NCBI GenBank assembly: GCA_002269645.1
Contig: NIVC01001278.1
Location: 1 to 64,000 of the forward strand
Source: Macrostomum lignano
Taxonomy: Eukaryota
DNA length: 64,000 nt
Direction of reading: 5' to 3'
The number at the start of each line of letters is the position of its first letter. Position 1 is the stretch's first letter. The notes under the pieces are model-generated. The model was not told where the DNA came from. It saw only the letters and a program-made list of their open reading frames with translations, and did not search any database. Position numbers and translations under genes: made by a program. Below, piece by piece: positions 1 through 12,900 of the stretch.

Positions 1-379
1 CGAAGGGGTGGAAAGGTTATGAGGCGATTAGTTCCGCAAAAAAGGAGGAAGCAAAGAAAGAAAATGCCACTCGGTCGGCTGCTGTCCCTGCACGCTACTG
101 ATCCCTCTTGATTTTCCCAGGCAGTCAATCAGCGGGTTTGACAAGTCAGAGACACTCTGAGCCCTTTTTGTCTGCTGATCTATTGCCCTCTAGCAGAGCT
201 AATGAAATGCAGAGTCAGGGAGGGAACTGGGGGCGGGTTACTGCTTGGCGGAAGCGCTCAAATGGGAGACCTTGAGTTCATCTTTTTAATGGATGATAAG
301 CTGCTTGAAAAGCTAAAATATCAGAATTGAATTAATCAAAAACGAAATGAATTAGCAGTTGATTACGTAAAAGTTTAGG

Positions 380-722
380 AGGATCTGGAGGATGGCTGTG
401 GTCCAGCAACTGGATCTAGGAGGCTGACTCAGCAACAGGGGATCTCAGAGGCTGGCCCAGCAACTGAGGATCTGGCAGGCTGGCTCAGAAACTGACGATC
501 CGGGAGGCTGGCCTAGCAACTGAGGATCTGGGAGGCTGGCCAGCAACTGAGGATCTGGCAGGCTGGCTCAGCAACTGAGGATCTGGCAGGCTGGCTCAGC
601 AACTGAGGATCTGGGAGGCTGGCGCAGCAACTGAGGATCTGGAGCTGGCCCAGCAACTGAGGATCTGGGAGGCTGGCGCAGCAACTGAGGATCCGGGAGG
701 CTGGCCCAGCAACTGAGGATCT
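380..722. repeat. 28-bp minisatellite (cagcaactgaggatctggcaggctggct)
   Basis: Units start at 541, 569, 597 and 625. Confidence 0.9.
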
Positions 723-967
723 GGGATTGGGCCCCTTTCTGAATGTGCCAGGAATACCTGTTAATTTCCGAATAGTTGCCGGGAATAAACTCTTTGAAGT
801 AGAGAAAGAGAAACAATGACACGATTTTCAGACTAACATATTGCAGCAGAGCTGAGAGAGAGGAACAGAAAAGTTCAACCCAGTTCGAGGACCCGACAAA
901 GGAGCGAAATCCGGGACAAACTGGCGGGGCCCGAAAGCTTTCCGCGCTTTGAGGGAAAATTGAAACT

Positions 968-1460
<493 letters not shown>

Positions 1461-1888
1461 TCCATCAAAGAGCAGCAGTTGCACTCACACAGTCAGTTGG
1501 ATTGGCACATGGGCAGAATTCTCTGTAAAATGTTTGCAGGGAGATCGTGGAGAAAATTATAAAATATAAAATTCTTCTTCTGCTAAGCCGTTTTGCAATA
1601 TCTGGATTCGTCTTCCCAATGCAAACTGAAGGCTGAACATGACCCTATAATGATCTACTCAGTGAAGACTCTGCGGCCATTGGGTCGCTGGTCGCTACGT
1701 TGAAGCCAGCAGCCCCAGTTTTCAAACCAATGGCGGGGTTGGAAATGCAGTGGGGGAAGAGATGAGCAGAAGAAATGCGACTCGTAATTGCGGGGGACTC
1801 CAGCAAAATTGTTTGCGTGCACTGCTGAAATTTCTGTAATTGCTTTCCTGTTGGCGTCTTGTTAATGAATTTCTTGTCTGAATTTGAG

Positions 1889-2060
1889 GGCTGTTAGATA
1901 TCTGTTAGTTGAGTGTTCGAGGCTGTTGGATATCTGTTAGTTGAGTGTTCGAGGCTGTTAGACATCTGTTAGTTGAGTGTTCGAGGCTGTTAGATATCTG
2001 TTAGTTGAGTGTTCAAGGCTGTTAGATATCTGTTAGTTGAGTGTTGAAGGGCTGTTAGAT
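1889..2060. repeat. 32-bp minisatellite (ggctgttagatatctgttagttgagtgttcga)
   Basis: Units start at 1891, 1923 and 1955. Confidence 0.9.
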
Positions 2061-2624
2061 AAATTTTATTAATCGTGATCAGCGTCCTTAATTTCAATGC
2101 AAAAACACAATACTGAGCGCTCTTGTCTATTCTTTGAAATATACACAGGAATTTTTAATTTACTTAATCTATAGCAAATTAATCCCTTTATCCAATCTCC
2201 TTATCTGCACAGATTAACAAGCACTTGATGGGGCGATCGCCATAGGGATTACTATTGCCGCAGGCAGAATGTATTCAAAGTCTAGATTGCAATTTCTGTT
2301 CATGCCTCACCTCTTCTAAAGATTTCTAATCAGAAATGATTTCGGGAATACTAATATTCAACCCACGATTTAACAAGAAGAGATTGGTGCAGGAGCATAC
2401 ATGAGAGCCATTAGTGCACTATACTCGCATATAGAGCGAAATTCAATGCTCCGCGCTGGCAACTGCAGACTTTGGAAGGTGTGGAGGGAATTGGCGATGA
2501 AAGGTGGACTTGGTATAGGTAATTTTAAATGGCAAAGGGAGTTTTAAGATAGGTGAGAGCTTAAGGTGCAGATAAAATGGAAATGAGACAGTCAGACAGA
2601 GTGGGTTAATTGTGTTTAGAAAAG

Positions 2625-2995
2625 AGACGGATTGTGTTTATAAAAGACACATATTGTGTTTAGAAAGAGACAGATTGTGTTTAGAAAAGATACAGATTGT
2701 GTTTAGAAAGAGACGGATTGTGTTTAGAGACAGATTGTGTTTATAAAAGACACATATTGTGTTTAGAAAGAGACAGATTGTGTTTAGAAAGAGACAGATT
2801 GTGTTTAGAAAGAGACAGATTGTGATTAGAAAAGAGACGGATTGTGTTTAGAAAGAGACAGATTGTGTTTAGAAAGAGACAGATTGTGTTTAGAAAGAGA
2901 CGGATTGTGTTTAGAAAGAGACGGATTGTGTTTAGAAAGAGACGGATTGTGTTTAGAGACAGATTGTGTTTATAAAAGAGACAGATTGTGTTTAA
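2625..2995. repeat. 21-bp minisatellite (gattgtgtttagaaagagaca)
   Basis: Period 21 (2761, 2782, 2803). Confidence 0.9.
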
Positions 2996-3612
2996 AATGA
3001 GCAGGTAATGTCAGCCAATAAATTTCAACCATATATTATTTATATTGACGCACTTAGCAGACAAAGTAAAGCCTCGCATAGTTATAAATTTATTTTGACA
3101 ACTTTAACTGTTTGATTCATACAGACCAAAAACAGGGCGAAAACTGGGGTGGCAGTAGACGGTACACCGTAGACTCAATTATCTAACCAGCCCACAAGGC
3201 ATTACAACTAGCTTTACTGTAATCTGAAATTACATTGTCGTGTGCGGACTTGTACACTAAGTACATCTTGTCCTTTATATCGCTAATTGAGCCCGCTAGC
3301 TAATACAAGCGTTTAAATCCATCAGTTAAGATAAAGCCGCAAAAACTAGGAGAAGCGATCGGAGAGGAAAGGAAAAAAATTGAAAAAAAGAAGCAAGAAC
3401 AGTCAGTTATTGAGGAAAAACTTAGAGAAATAGGCTTTACTTTCTGCTCAAACAAAACAATCTTTCTTTGTTTATCTGAACTAAATTATCTGGTAATATT
3501 TTCAAAAGTGAAAATAAATTGGGCCAAACACCTCAGCAGCAGAGTAAAAGTGCAACATTTAGTCTGAGTTGTTCCGTTATTGTCAAGGGAGTTCGTCATT
3601 TTGTTTATTTTC

Positions 3613-5915
3613 TCAGGCCAAGACCTTGCTCCGTTCGCGGGTGATGCCCGTCTTGAGCATGTTGCCATCGGTCTGAGTTATCGGCTTGGTTGCTAGGCGG
3701 TTTCTAACGTCGGCCGTGCGCCTATCGAGCATGATTGAGTTGGTCTTCTCGGCCAGGTCAGCGTTGATTCGGTCCAGCTGCTTCTGCAGGCCGTCGAGGT
3801 TGTGCCTGAGGGTTGGAGGCGAGGGTGGAGGGCTTAGAATGATGACGGAGTCGGAGCAGGTAAGATGACTGAGTCGATGAGTTGAGTGCAGGAGAGATGA
3901 CTGAGTCGATTGATTTGAGTGCAGGAGAGATGACTGAGTCGATTGATTTGAGTGCAGGAGAGATGACTGAGTCGATTGATTTGAGTGCAGGAAAGATGAT
4001 TGAGTCGATGGAGTCAGTGTGAATGTATTTACATGTTGTATGTAAATATTTATTTGTGTTTCAAGTCGACTTTATCTTCCAGCTTCTCACCGACATCATT
4101 TATTCGCATTTCCTTTTCATTCTGCCCTGAGCTGCTCAAATCCATCTCAATTTCAAACCCAAACCGGAGCGAGAATAATGATCTACTTGGCTCATCTTTG
4201 GCGAGCAATTTTCGAATCCTGGCGTCTCTCGTCGATAACAGCTGCTGCACTGCGGCTAGAGTTCATGCCTTCCCTCTCTTGCTCGGAGTCACTCTGTCCA
4301 AGCAAGCAATCTACAGTGCTGCTGTGTGCTCATCTTCATTTAGACATTGCTTTCCCCTTTCCGAGAAACTCGAGTTCCTCCCCCCCTCGATCTTCCTCCT
4401 CCCCCCTTCTCTCAAAATGAGTTCAATTTTCTCCTGACTGATCCACTTACCGGACCGGCAGCTCTTTTTAAAGTGCAGGTGAGATTGTGTTTTTTAAATA
4501 ATAATTTGCAACAAATCTACTATTAGTAGCTAAGAAATAGAAGTATAATTAAGGCATACCGAGCCTGCTTGAGCTTGTCGTAGAGAGCGTCTTTGCTGGC
4601 CTTGATCTGCTGCACCTCGTCGGTGAGGCCGTACTGCACCGCGTCTCGGCACAGCTCCACGCCCGGCCGGGTTGTCCGGTTCTCCAGGCGAGTCTCGGCC
4701 AGTTTAGCTGGCGGAATCTTCGCTTTGATTGCCTCCTCCAGGGCGCGAATGTCCCGCTCGAGTTCGGCGATCTCGTCCTCAGTCTGCTGCTTCTGCCACT
4801 CGAGTTCGTCCTTGGCCTGTTCGTGGGATTAAGAGGTCGGGTTTACAATCTTTGACAGAAAAAAATTGGTTGAAGACATTCGGACGAAGAGTTTGGAGAT
4901 AGAGAGTTTGGATGAAAGATTTATGAGATGACTTCAAAGTTTGAGCATTGAACTCAAAGATGATGCAGTGTCGATCCCTCAGCCTGACCTGCTCCTCTTC
5001 GTGCAGTCGCTTCCTCAGCGCGTAGTCGCTGGCCTGCCGCTGGGACTCCAGGTCGTTGTCCGTGTCGTGGATGGTCCGGTGGGCGGCCTCGCGCAGGCGG
5101 CCGCTAGACGCGATCTCAGCCTTGGCCCGGTCCACATTGTACCGGCTGAAGTCCTCCCACTGCTGCGGGGTGGTGCTGCCCTTGGGCACCCGAGTGGGGT
5201 TCGGCTTGTAGGAGATGTTGGGGCTCTGCTCGTTCAGATTGTACTGATCGATGTCGATGCCCAGAGCGATGTTCTTGTTCTGCAGGTCGGCCAGGATCTG
5301 CTGGCGGGCCTCCTGCAGGACGCACAGCTGCTCGAACTGCTCGTCAACTTTCTGCTGAAGATTGCGCTTGGCCTTAGCAATCACCTCTTGCTCCTAGACG
5401 ATAGCAATATGCATTGTAAATAACTCATTCGAGCTACTAACAGTATGTATGTTAGCAAATTATTGATACTTTATCGAGAAAACGGTGAAACCATGACTAA
5501 CCTTGCGCAGCTGATGCTCGATCTCGTCCTCAACGTTATCGATGCTTCGACGTCCGTCACGAACAGTCAGGCACTCGTTGACGGTGTCAGTGGGCAGGTT
5601 CTTGCGCTCCAGAGCCTCCTCGGTCTGCTCCTTGGACTCGCTCAGCTTGGCAATTTCGGCATCAAGGTCGCCCAAAGTCTGCTCGAGGATTTCCTTCCAC
5701 TTGCGGATGACATCGACGCGGTCGGCCAGACGGGTGTTGTTGTCCTTCTGGTCCCATTTGGTCTTGTTGTCGGTCTCGTTGCGCAGGAATCGGGCCTCCT
5801 GGCGCACCTGATCGGAGGCTTCTCGCTGGCGCTCGGCGTTAGACGAAATCGCGTACGCGTTGGTGAACCAGTCCACTGGCTGATACTTGGCGTTTGGCTT
5901 TGTCTCTGTTGCCAT
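3613..5915 (-). CDS. TEKT2: Tektin-2 (tektin B1), 4 exons, 422 aa
   Basis: Exons 5915-5502, 5393-4989, 4816-4560 and 3805-3613 join at GT-AG junctions into 1269 nt ending in TGA. The protein (MATETKPNAKYQPVDWFTNAY...KWDQKDNNTRLADRVDVIRKWK...) has the tektin signature RPGVELCRD and a coiled-coil pattern. The subfamily call is from recalled similarity to TEKT2. Confidence 0.9.
3863..4010. repeat. 33-bp minisatellite in tektin intron 3
   Basis: agatgactgagtcgattgatttgagtgcaggag at 3895, 3928, 3961 and 3994. Confidence 0.88.
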
Positions 5916-5921
5916 GGCGAT
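5908..5921. promoter_or_regulatory. RFX X-box-like palindrome overlapping the tektin start codon
   Basis: GTTGCCATGGCGAT matches 12/14 of the X-box consensus GTTGCCATGGCAAC and contains the tektin ATG (5915-5913). Confidence 0.55.
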
Positions 5922-6927
5922 TTTTTGGTTGTCTTAAGGGCTTCTTTGCTGAAAGGTTGTGTTGTAAAATTATTAATTATAGTGTGCACTTTAGTACTCG
6001 ACAGAAAGGCATAAAAAGCTTATTATTGAATGATAATAAAAAAAATTTGTCTGTTACATCTTTTAAATGCTGCCAGCTTCTAAAAAATTAAAAATATATT
6101 TCATAAAACAACTTGTTAATTTCAACCCTAAAAAGATGCTGAAGCTCTGATATATTATTTATATCACATTATTTACGTTTGGTACAAAAATGCAAATGTT
6201 TCCCCTGATTTCCTTACCAAATCAATTGCAATTTCCTGCTAAGATCCTATTATTAAACTGAGAGTAAGGACTCTAAGCTAGCCTAATGAATTCAAATCGA
6301 ACTCAACTCTATGATGAATTCGGAGATGTAGAATAAAAATATTTGTTGGGCTAGTAAGAACTAACAATCATATGCATACATGCCCATTTGATATTCTAGC
6401 AATAAAATAACAAATAATATAAATTTAAGTCTCAAGGATTTTCGCTCCTATGCTCAAATGTCGCATGGCGCATGGTCAACAAACGAATCCAATCAGAAAG
6501 AGCATTTAAAAAAACAGTTTGATCAAAACTAATACAAAAGAGCTATAAATGAAGAAAAATACAGCATTAAAGTAGATGGCGCAATTGAATATCCGGTAAA
6601 AATGAACATGCTATAATGATTGAACTGAAATAAACCACAGCTTAAAACTTTTAGCAATATATAAAAATCGAACCAATGATCGTATTTTAAAATGGGAAAA
6701 GACATCTTAGTTACTAGTAAAAAACTATAGAATAAAATTTTCAAGAAAAGTTTGTGTTTATAAATATAATGTAAAATATCTGCAAGTTCAATAACCCTTT
6801 TTTGCATTGATAAAACAATAAATTCGACCATTTTGTTTAAACAGTAAAATAAGATATTCAAAATTTATTCTCTCTTTATACGACCTAAAAATTTTTCATT
6901 CCTTACTTTTACATTTTATCAACAGCA
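5916..6927. promoter_or_regulatory. Putative bidirectional promoter between tektin and transportin
   Basis: About 1 kb AT-rich spacer between divergent ATGs; CCAAT box (ccaatcag) near 6490; no tandem arrays. Confidence 0.5.
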
Positions 6928-9900
6928 ATGGTTATCATGTCCTGGAATCCCGATCCAGCAAGCCTAGAACAAGTGGTTATTCTCTTAAACCAATCGAAAA
7001 CAGCAGATTCAGCTGTTCAAAAGCAAGTCCATGAAGTGAGTATTCTTTCCATTTAACTTGATTTATTTTCTAACTTTACTTTAGTAGGCCTAACTGAAAT
7101 TTAAAATCGAAATGTTTTTGCAAATAATTACCTGAAAATAGCTATACAATGATGTTGTATAGTTGTTATTGTCAATATATCTGATCCCGTGTCTATACAT
7201 GTATGTTTACACTATAATAGTCACTCAGGATCAGAAAGCCAGGGCCATATGCCCATATGCCCATAGCCTAGTCAAGAAGATTGCATTTTTATTTTTTTAA
7301 TCAAGCACAAAATTAAGGGTGTTAAGTTCACCAATCGGAGAATTCTAATGCAATCACCAATTTTAATGGTTATTGCCATAGTCAGGAAGGTGGCCTTTGC
7401 CACCAGGATGGAATTCTTGCACAAAAGTTGTTACGTGTTTGTGCGTGCTTGTCAAATTTGTGCGCGCTTGCGCGCTGAAAAGAAGCCTACTTGCGCGCTC
7501 TTAAAGAAGGTGTGTGCGCGCTTGATTATTGTATGCACTGCGTAAGAAGCTGTTTGCCAAAGAATCACAGACAGGATTTGACTTTTACATGCATTCAACC
7601 CATAGTGGCATAGTGTGGATCATGCTAAGTGCACGCGAGAAACAACCCAAAGCTAATTCCCAAAAGCACACCGACGACAAGCAAATGCACGCCGATGCAT
7701 GCCTACATATTTTAAAACATATTTTAAATATGTAAAAATGTATTTTAAATTGCATTGTGTAAAACAAAGCAACAAACGATGTACAAAAGAAATGATATAT
7801 CTTTAAAAACGTGTATTTCTCATACATTAGTTTATTTAACAGTCTTATACACTGTTTATTTACAATAGTTTTTTTCAAAAGCTAAATACAATAATACATA
7901 TTTTATGTTTGCTTACCATTGCATTGGCAGCTTTGCCACATCATGTGCCAGGCACGCGGCGCACGCCAGGCACGCAAGTGTATTTATGTAGTGTGCATTA
8001 TGCATGCCAAATGCATGCCACTTACCTAATCACATGCCGGTGCACGCCACTTTTGAAAATGCACGCGGGAAAATTCTTGCATGCACTACATGATCTACAC
8101 TATGGCATTCAACATGGTTATGTGCCATGTAGGGGTCCCAAATCCTGGACATTTTACAATCCCGGGATCCTAGACAAAAAATTGACCCAATCCCAGGATC
8201 CCGGGCCAATCCCAGGATTGATTGAACAAAAAAATTTATAGGAAGCTTTCTCATTGTCCATAAAACAATTTCTCAACCAATTTGAGCATCATTTAGGGGC
8301 CCATTCCATATAAGATGGACATATTTGGAAAAAAGAAAAAAGTCAATATTTTTGCTTGTCATTGCCTTATCAGCCATTTTTTTACCAAATCTTTTTTGTA
8401 TGTAATGTATACAATCTAAGAAAAAATAAATGATAAAATGTTGGATTAGTATGTTATTAATTGGCAAAAAGTTATTTTTGTAAAAAATTGGACATTTTCT
8501 AAGCAAAAGACATCATTAAGTTTATGTACCTTTTAAAAACAAATAGAAAGCTTTAGAAGGTTAAAACAAACTATATATAAAATTATAGTACTTGCATCAT
8601 CAGATAAAAACATTAGCAACCATATAATCTATTATATTTTTAATATATTAGTACTTCAAAGTTACTGAATTGACAGAAAAAATATGTTACGACCATAATG
8701 TTACGACCATAAGGCTGCTTTTTCTTTTGTATCTTTGTTGCCTTTTTGAGTTTATATATTCTAATAAAAGAGTATGACTTCTAAAGATGTTCTTAGTCAA
8801 ATTTAAAAAAAAAATTATTGCAAAATATCAAAAATGAAAAATTTTATAAGACTTTTATCTTTTAGTTTCTATATGTCAAAAATCCTGTTGTTACGACCAT
8901 AAGTGCCATTCAAGGTTTAATAACATCTATACTAATGATGATATCTATATGAAACTTTATAAACATTTTCTTGACAAAATAATCTTTCATTCAAAATATT
9001 GGTTTAGTATATTCTATTATTAGATTTCATTTTATAAGTAAAAATAGTCTGTCATGTTACGACCACAATTATATGGAATGGCTCTAGGTTTCTAATTTCT
9101 ATTTCTAGCTTATACAAGTAGAACTGCATTGATAAAATAGTTGAAGTTACATGTAGTTGTTAGTTGTACATACACATACACACTAAACTACACCCTCTCC
9201 CCTTGGATTAGGACCATATACGCTGCGCTGGTGCCTCTCTACCCCCAACGGCAACATAGACCACTTCATACACACAGAGACTCAGACTCAGAACCCAGTC
9301 CGCACCCCACCCCCATTTCCCCTTTCCCTTCCTTAGCTGCGTCTGCGCACTGCGGCGGGGCCTGGGCCAGTGGGCCCAGTGTCCAGGCCATTGCCACTTA
9401 GACAGTTAGAGTCTAGACTAGAGTCAGACCCCTTAGTCTAGTGACTAGTAGTGCTTGACACAGTTGAATGAGTTGAATGATAGTCTTACTGTCCTTCATT
9501 CTATAACTTCATTCTCAGGATGCAAAAATTCTCCCAAAACTGTTAAGTGCTAACTGCAAGACAAAACATATTCACTTCTGCAAAGTGTAAATTCCAATCC
9601 CGTGTTTACTAGGATCTCGGACCCCTAATCCCAGGATCCCGGGAATCCCGGGATCTTGGGATCTCGGGATTGGGACCCCTAGTGCCATGTGGTATATGCG
9701 GGCTCAAGTTCTACTTTTCATAGTCCGGAAGATTGTTTTTATGCCGGAAAATTTCAAAACAAAAGTAAAACAAAGAATAATAGTTTTTAGCAAAAAAAGT
9801 TTCTTTAAAATTTAGTAAAACTCTTATAATTTTTTAAGAATATTTTCTTTAAAAAAAATATAGCATTTAAGCTACTTTAAACTTAAAGTACAACTTTTTA

Positions 9901-12900
9901 ATTTACGTCAGCATAGAATTGAAAAACTAGAAATTTCATTTTTTGCTGCATGGGCCATGATCTGCATCATGACTTATTTTAATAGCTAGTGTGCGCACTT
10001 GCACGCTGCTCCAAAAACATGCGCGCATTTTTCCTACTATCAAGCAAGAATTCCATCCTGGCTTTGCCATGGAAAATTCAGGTGCACACAAGGGGTCTTT
10101 AGTGCACAATCATGGTGCACACTGAGGTCCCTGGCACATGCGGCACATAATCATGATGCACACTGAGGTCCCTAGCGCATGCGGCACATAATTGCAGTGC
10201 ATGCGGTGCATAAGGTCTTCGACATATGCGGTGCTATGCACAACTTGGTATATAAGGAATCAGAATAGAATCTTTATTAGCATAAAACTGGCATAGCATA
10301 TTGAGTCTGCATGAATTCTAAGAATTTTGTAAATTTGTTGTAAAATACATAAAATAAGGGCATAGACATGGCGCATAGCATACAAATGGCACATAGATGG
10401 CGCACAGATTGTCCCAAAAAATTTATTCCAGCGCACACTGTGCCACCTTCCTGACTATGGGATTATTGTGATATATTCTAGTAAATATCTCAGTTTAGTT
10501 AAAATATAAAAAATTCTTATGTGAGAATTAGTGTTGTACTAGTAGTGAATATATTTTAGGCTAAGTGCAACCTAGAAAAACTTGGAATTAAGAGGGGCTC
10601 ATAGAAAAAACTAGAGATTAAGCAAAATATAATTTTTATTTATCAAAGCAATATTATAGTTTTGTAATGTTTTTAAAATATTTAGTGACATTAATAATTG
10701 AATGTCACTAAATTAAACAATTGAATTTGATATTTATGCAATAATGTATAAAACATTTTAAAGTTGATTTTCTATATCATGTTTGGCTATTTATAAGATA
10801 GGTATAAATATTCATGTTTGTTTTATATTATTAATTAGTTGTATTCCATAATCTCCTAGATATGTTGGCTGTACAGAACTATTTTTCAGCTACCATGGAA
10901 GTTGTGCATGACCAGCAAGTTATGCTTTACATGTAGTGGTCTATGAGATGTTGCTATATTAAAGGACCTTTTTTGCAGTTGCAACAATAAAGGACCTTTT
11001 TGCAATTGTAACAATTATATTTATTACACATATATGATACGATATTCTTTAGAGTAATTTATAATCATTTAGACATTATATCAATTTCATCAAATACATT
11101 ATTCAGCAAGACTAACATTCAAAAACAATGAATCAAATTTGCAATGCCATTAATGGAATTAATACATATACAAAGAAAAATTGTTCTGAGATATAATTTT
11201 TGCCTTGCATTTATAGAACTTTATCATAGAATTTTTTAAAATAAACAGTTTACCAAAACAAAAAAATGTATATTTACTATATCATAAAATTATTAAACTT
11301 TTTTGAAATAGAAAAATATTTACTTTATTAGGAAAACAAAAAATATATCTATGTTAACAACTGTTCATTCAGTTTAATTGATTTTCTATTTGGTTGTGAT
11401 TGATAAGCTGCACTATCAATTGTTTCTCATTACATTGCTGCATACTGCATGTGGCATGCCAATGCCACACAATGGACACAATTTGTTGTGCCCACTAAGT
11501 GCGCAACTACATGTTGATAGAAATGTTGGCAATATAAATATTCAAAAGCCTATCCACATGGGAGTTTTCACCAAAAAAGGAATCTACAACCCTATTAACT
11601 ATACTCTTTTCTACCTATAGGCACCTAGATGAAAATATTATAAAAATCTTAAAAAACCTTGACTTAAAAAATATGTGAATACCTTATTCTATTCATAAAT
11701 TAATATCCTTTGTCCATAGATGTCACTTTTGTCATTATTACTTTTATTGTTATGATTATATTTAAAATTATATTAGCACTACTCTATCAAGTTACTTTAC
11801 TTATAATGAAGAGAATAATAGTATATTATCTTCATTTACATAAATTCTAACTTTTAAATATTTGTGTAGAACAAAAAGCAATAGTGCTTAAAAGTATAAA
11901 ATACTAATATATAAAAAAACAAAAAGTAAAGTAGTATAGATTTTTTGTAAAAATTGCTTCTTTTAAGTTATGCCAAGTCAAAATAATATTTATTCTTATA
12001 TAAAAACTACATTCATATTGTATCTCATATATAATTTTTATTTTAGAAACTCAATGACTTAAATCAGATTCCTGACTTTAACAATTATTTGGCATTCATT
12101 CTTCAGTTGCCAACACAAGGTAATTTTCTATTATAATTGTTCAATACCTTTGATATATATTATTAGTGGGGTAGATAGAGTTAGGATTATGTATATACTA
12201 TAAGATGTTCTATCATTCAATAGTTACCGGGAAAAGAGTGTGTTTTCAAGAATTAAAAAAAGTCTTGACACTTGGTTTTTCAATAATTTATGAATGAGGC
12301 TTTCAGAATTTAGAATTGGGATTTTCAAAGATCTGGGTATTGGATTTTAAGATTTTAGAATTGTGATTTTAAGGATTCGGGCTTGGGATTTTAAGGATTA
12401 GGGCTTGGGATTTTAAGGATTAGGGCCTAGGATTTTAAGGATTAGGGACTGAGATTTTAAGGATTAGGGCTTGGGATTTTAAGGATTAGGGCTTGGGACA
12501 TAAATGCGCAACCTTGGGAATCCCTCGGCCGTTTCTATTGGCAACACACATATGTAAGTCGCTATTGGACGGAATAGTACTCACGTGACTGCTCTCCGCC
12601 AATAGCGACTTACATGTGTGTGTTGCCAATAGAAACAGCCGGGTGAATCCCTAGGTTGCGCCCAAGCATGGCTTGGGATTTTAAGGATTAGGGCCTAGGA
12701 TTTTAAGGATTAGGGCTTGGGATTTTAAGGATTAGGGCCTAGGATTTTAAGGATTAGGGCTTGGGATTTTAAGGATTAGGGCCTAGGATTTTAAGGATTA
12801 GGGCTTGGGATTTTAAGGATTAGGGCCTGGGATTTTAAGGATTAGGGACTGAGATTTTAAGGATTAGGGCCTAGGATTTTAAAGATTAGGGACTGAGATT

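Larger units (their letters stand above)
7403..10061. mobile_element. Non-autonomous TIR DNA transposon B, inserted in A
   Basis: 18-bp perfect TIR CCAGGATGGAATTCTTGC (7403-7420 / 10044-10061); perfect 8-bp TSD ctttgcca (7395-7402, 10062-10069); GTGCRC-rich subterminal repeats. Confidence 0.88.
7376..10460. mobile_element. Non-autonomous TIR DNA transposon A (outermost of a nest)
   Basis: 19-bp perfect TIR CCATAGTCAGGAAGGTGGC (7376-7394 / 10442-10460). Flanks ggttattg (7368-7375) and gattattg (10461-10468) form an 8-bp TSD with one mismatch. Confidence 0.8.

Noticed and set aside
4000-4480. Coding-looking ORFs and a GTAAGT donor (4450, minus strand) in tektin intron 3
   Set aside because: No long open frame or homology; candidate microexons break the tektin frame; the four-exon model is already complete.
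4593-6014. Plus-strand ORFs over tektin, and similar antisense or alternate-frame ORFs over transportin exon 5, FoxC, pol and the LINE
   Set aside because: Shadow ORFs of GC-rich coding sequence with no recognisable motifs.
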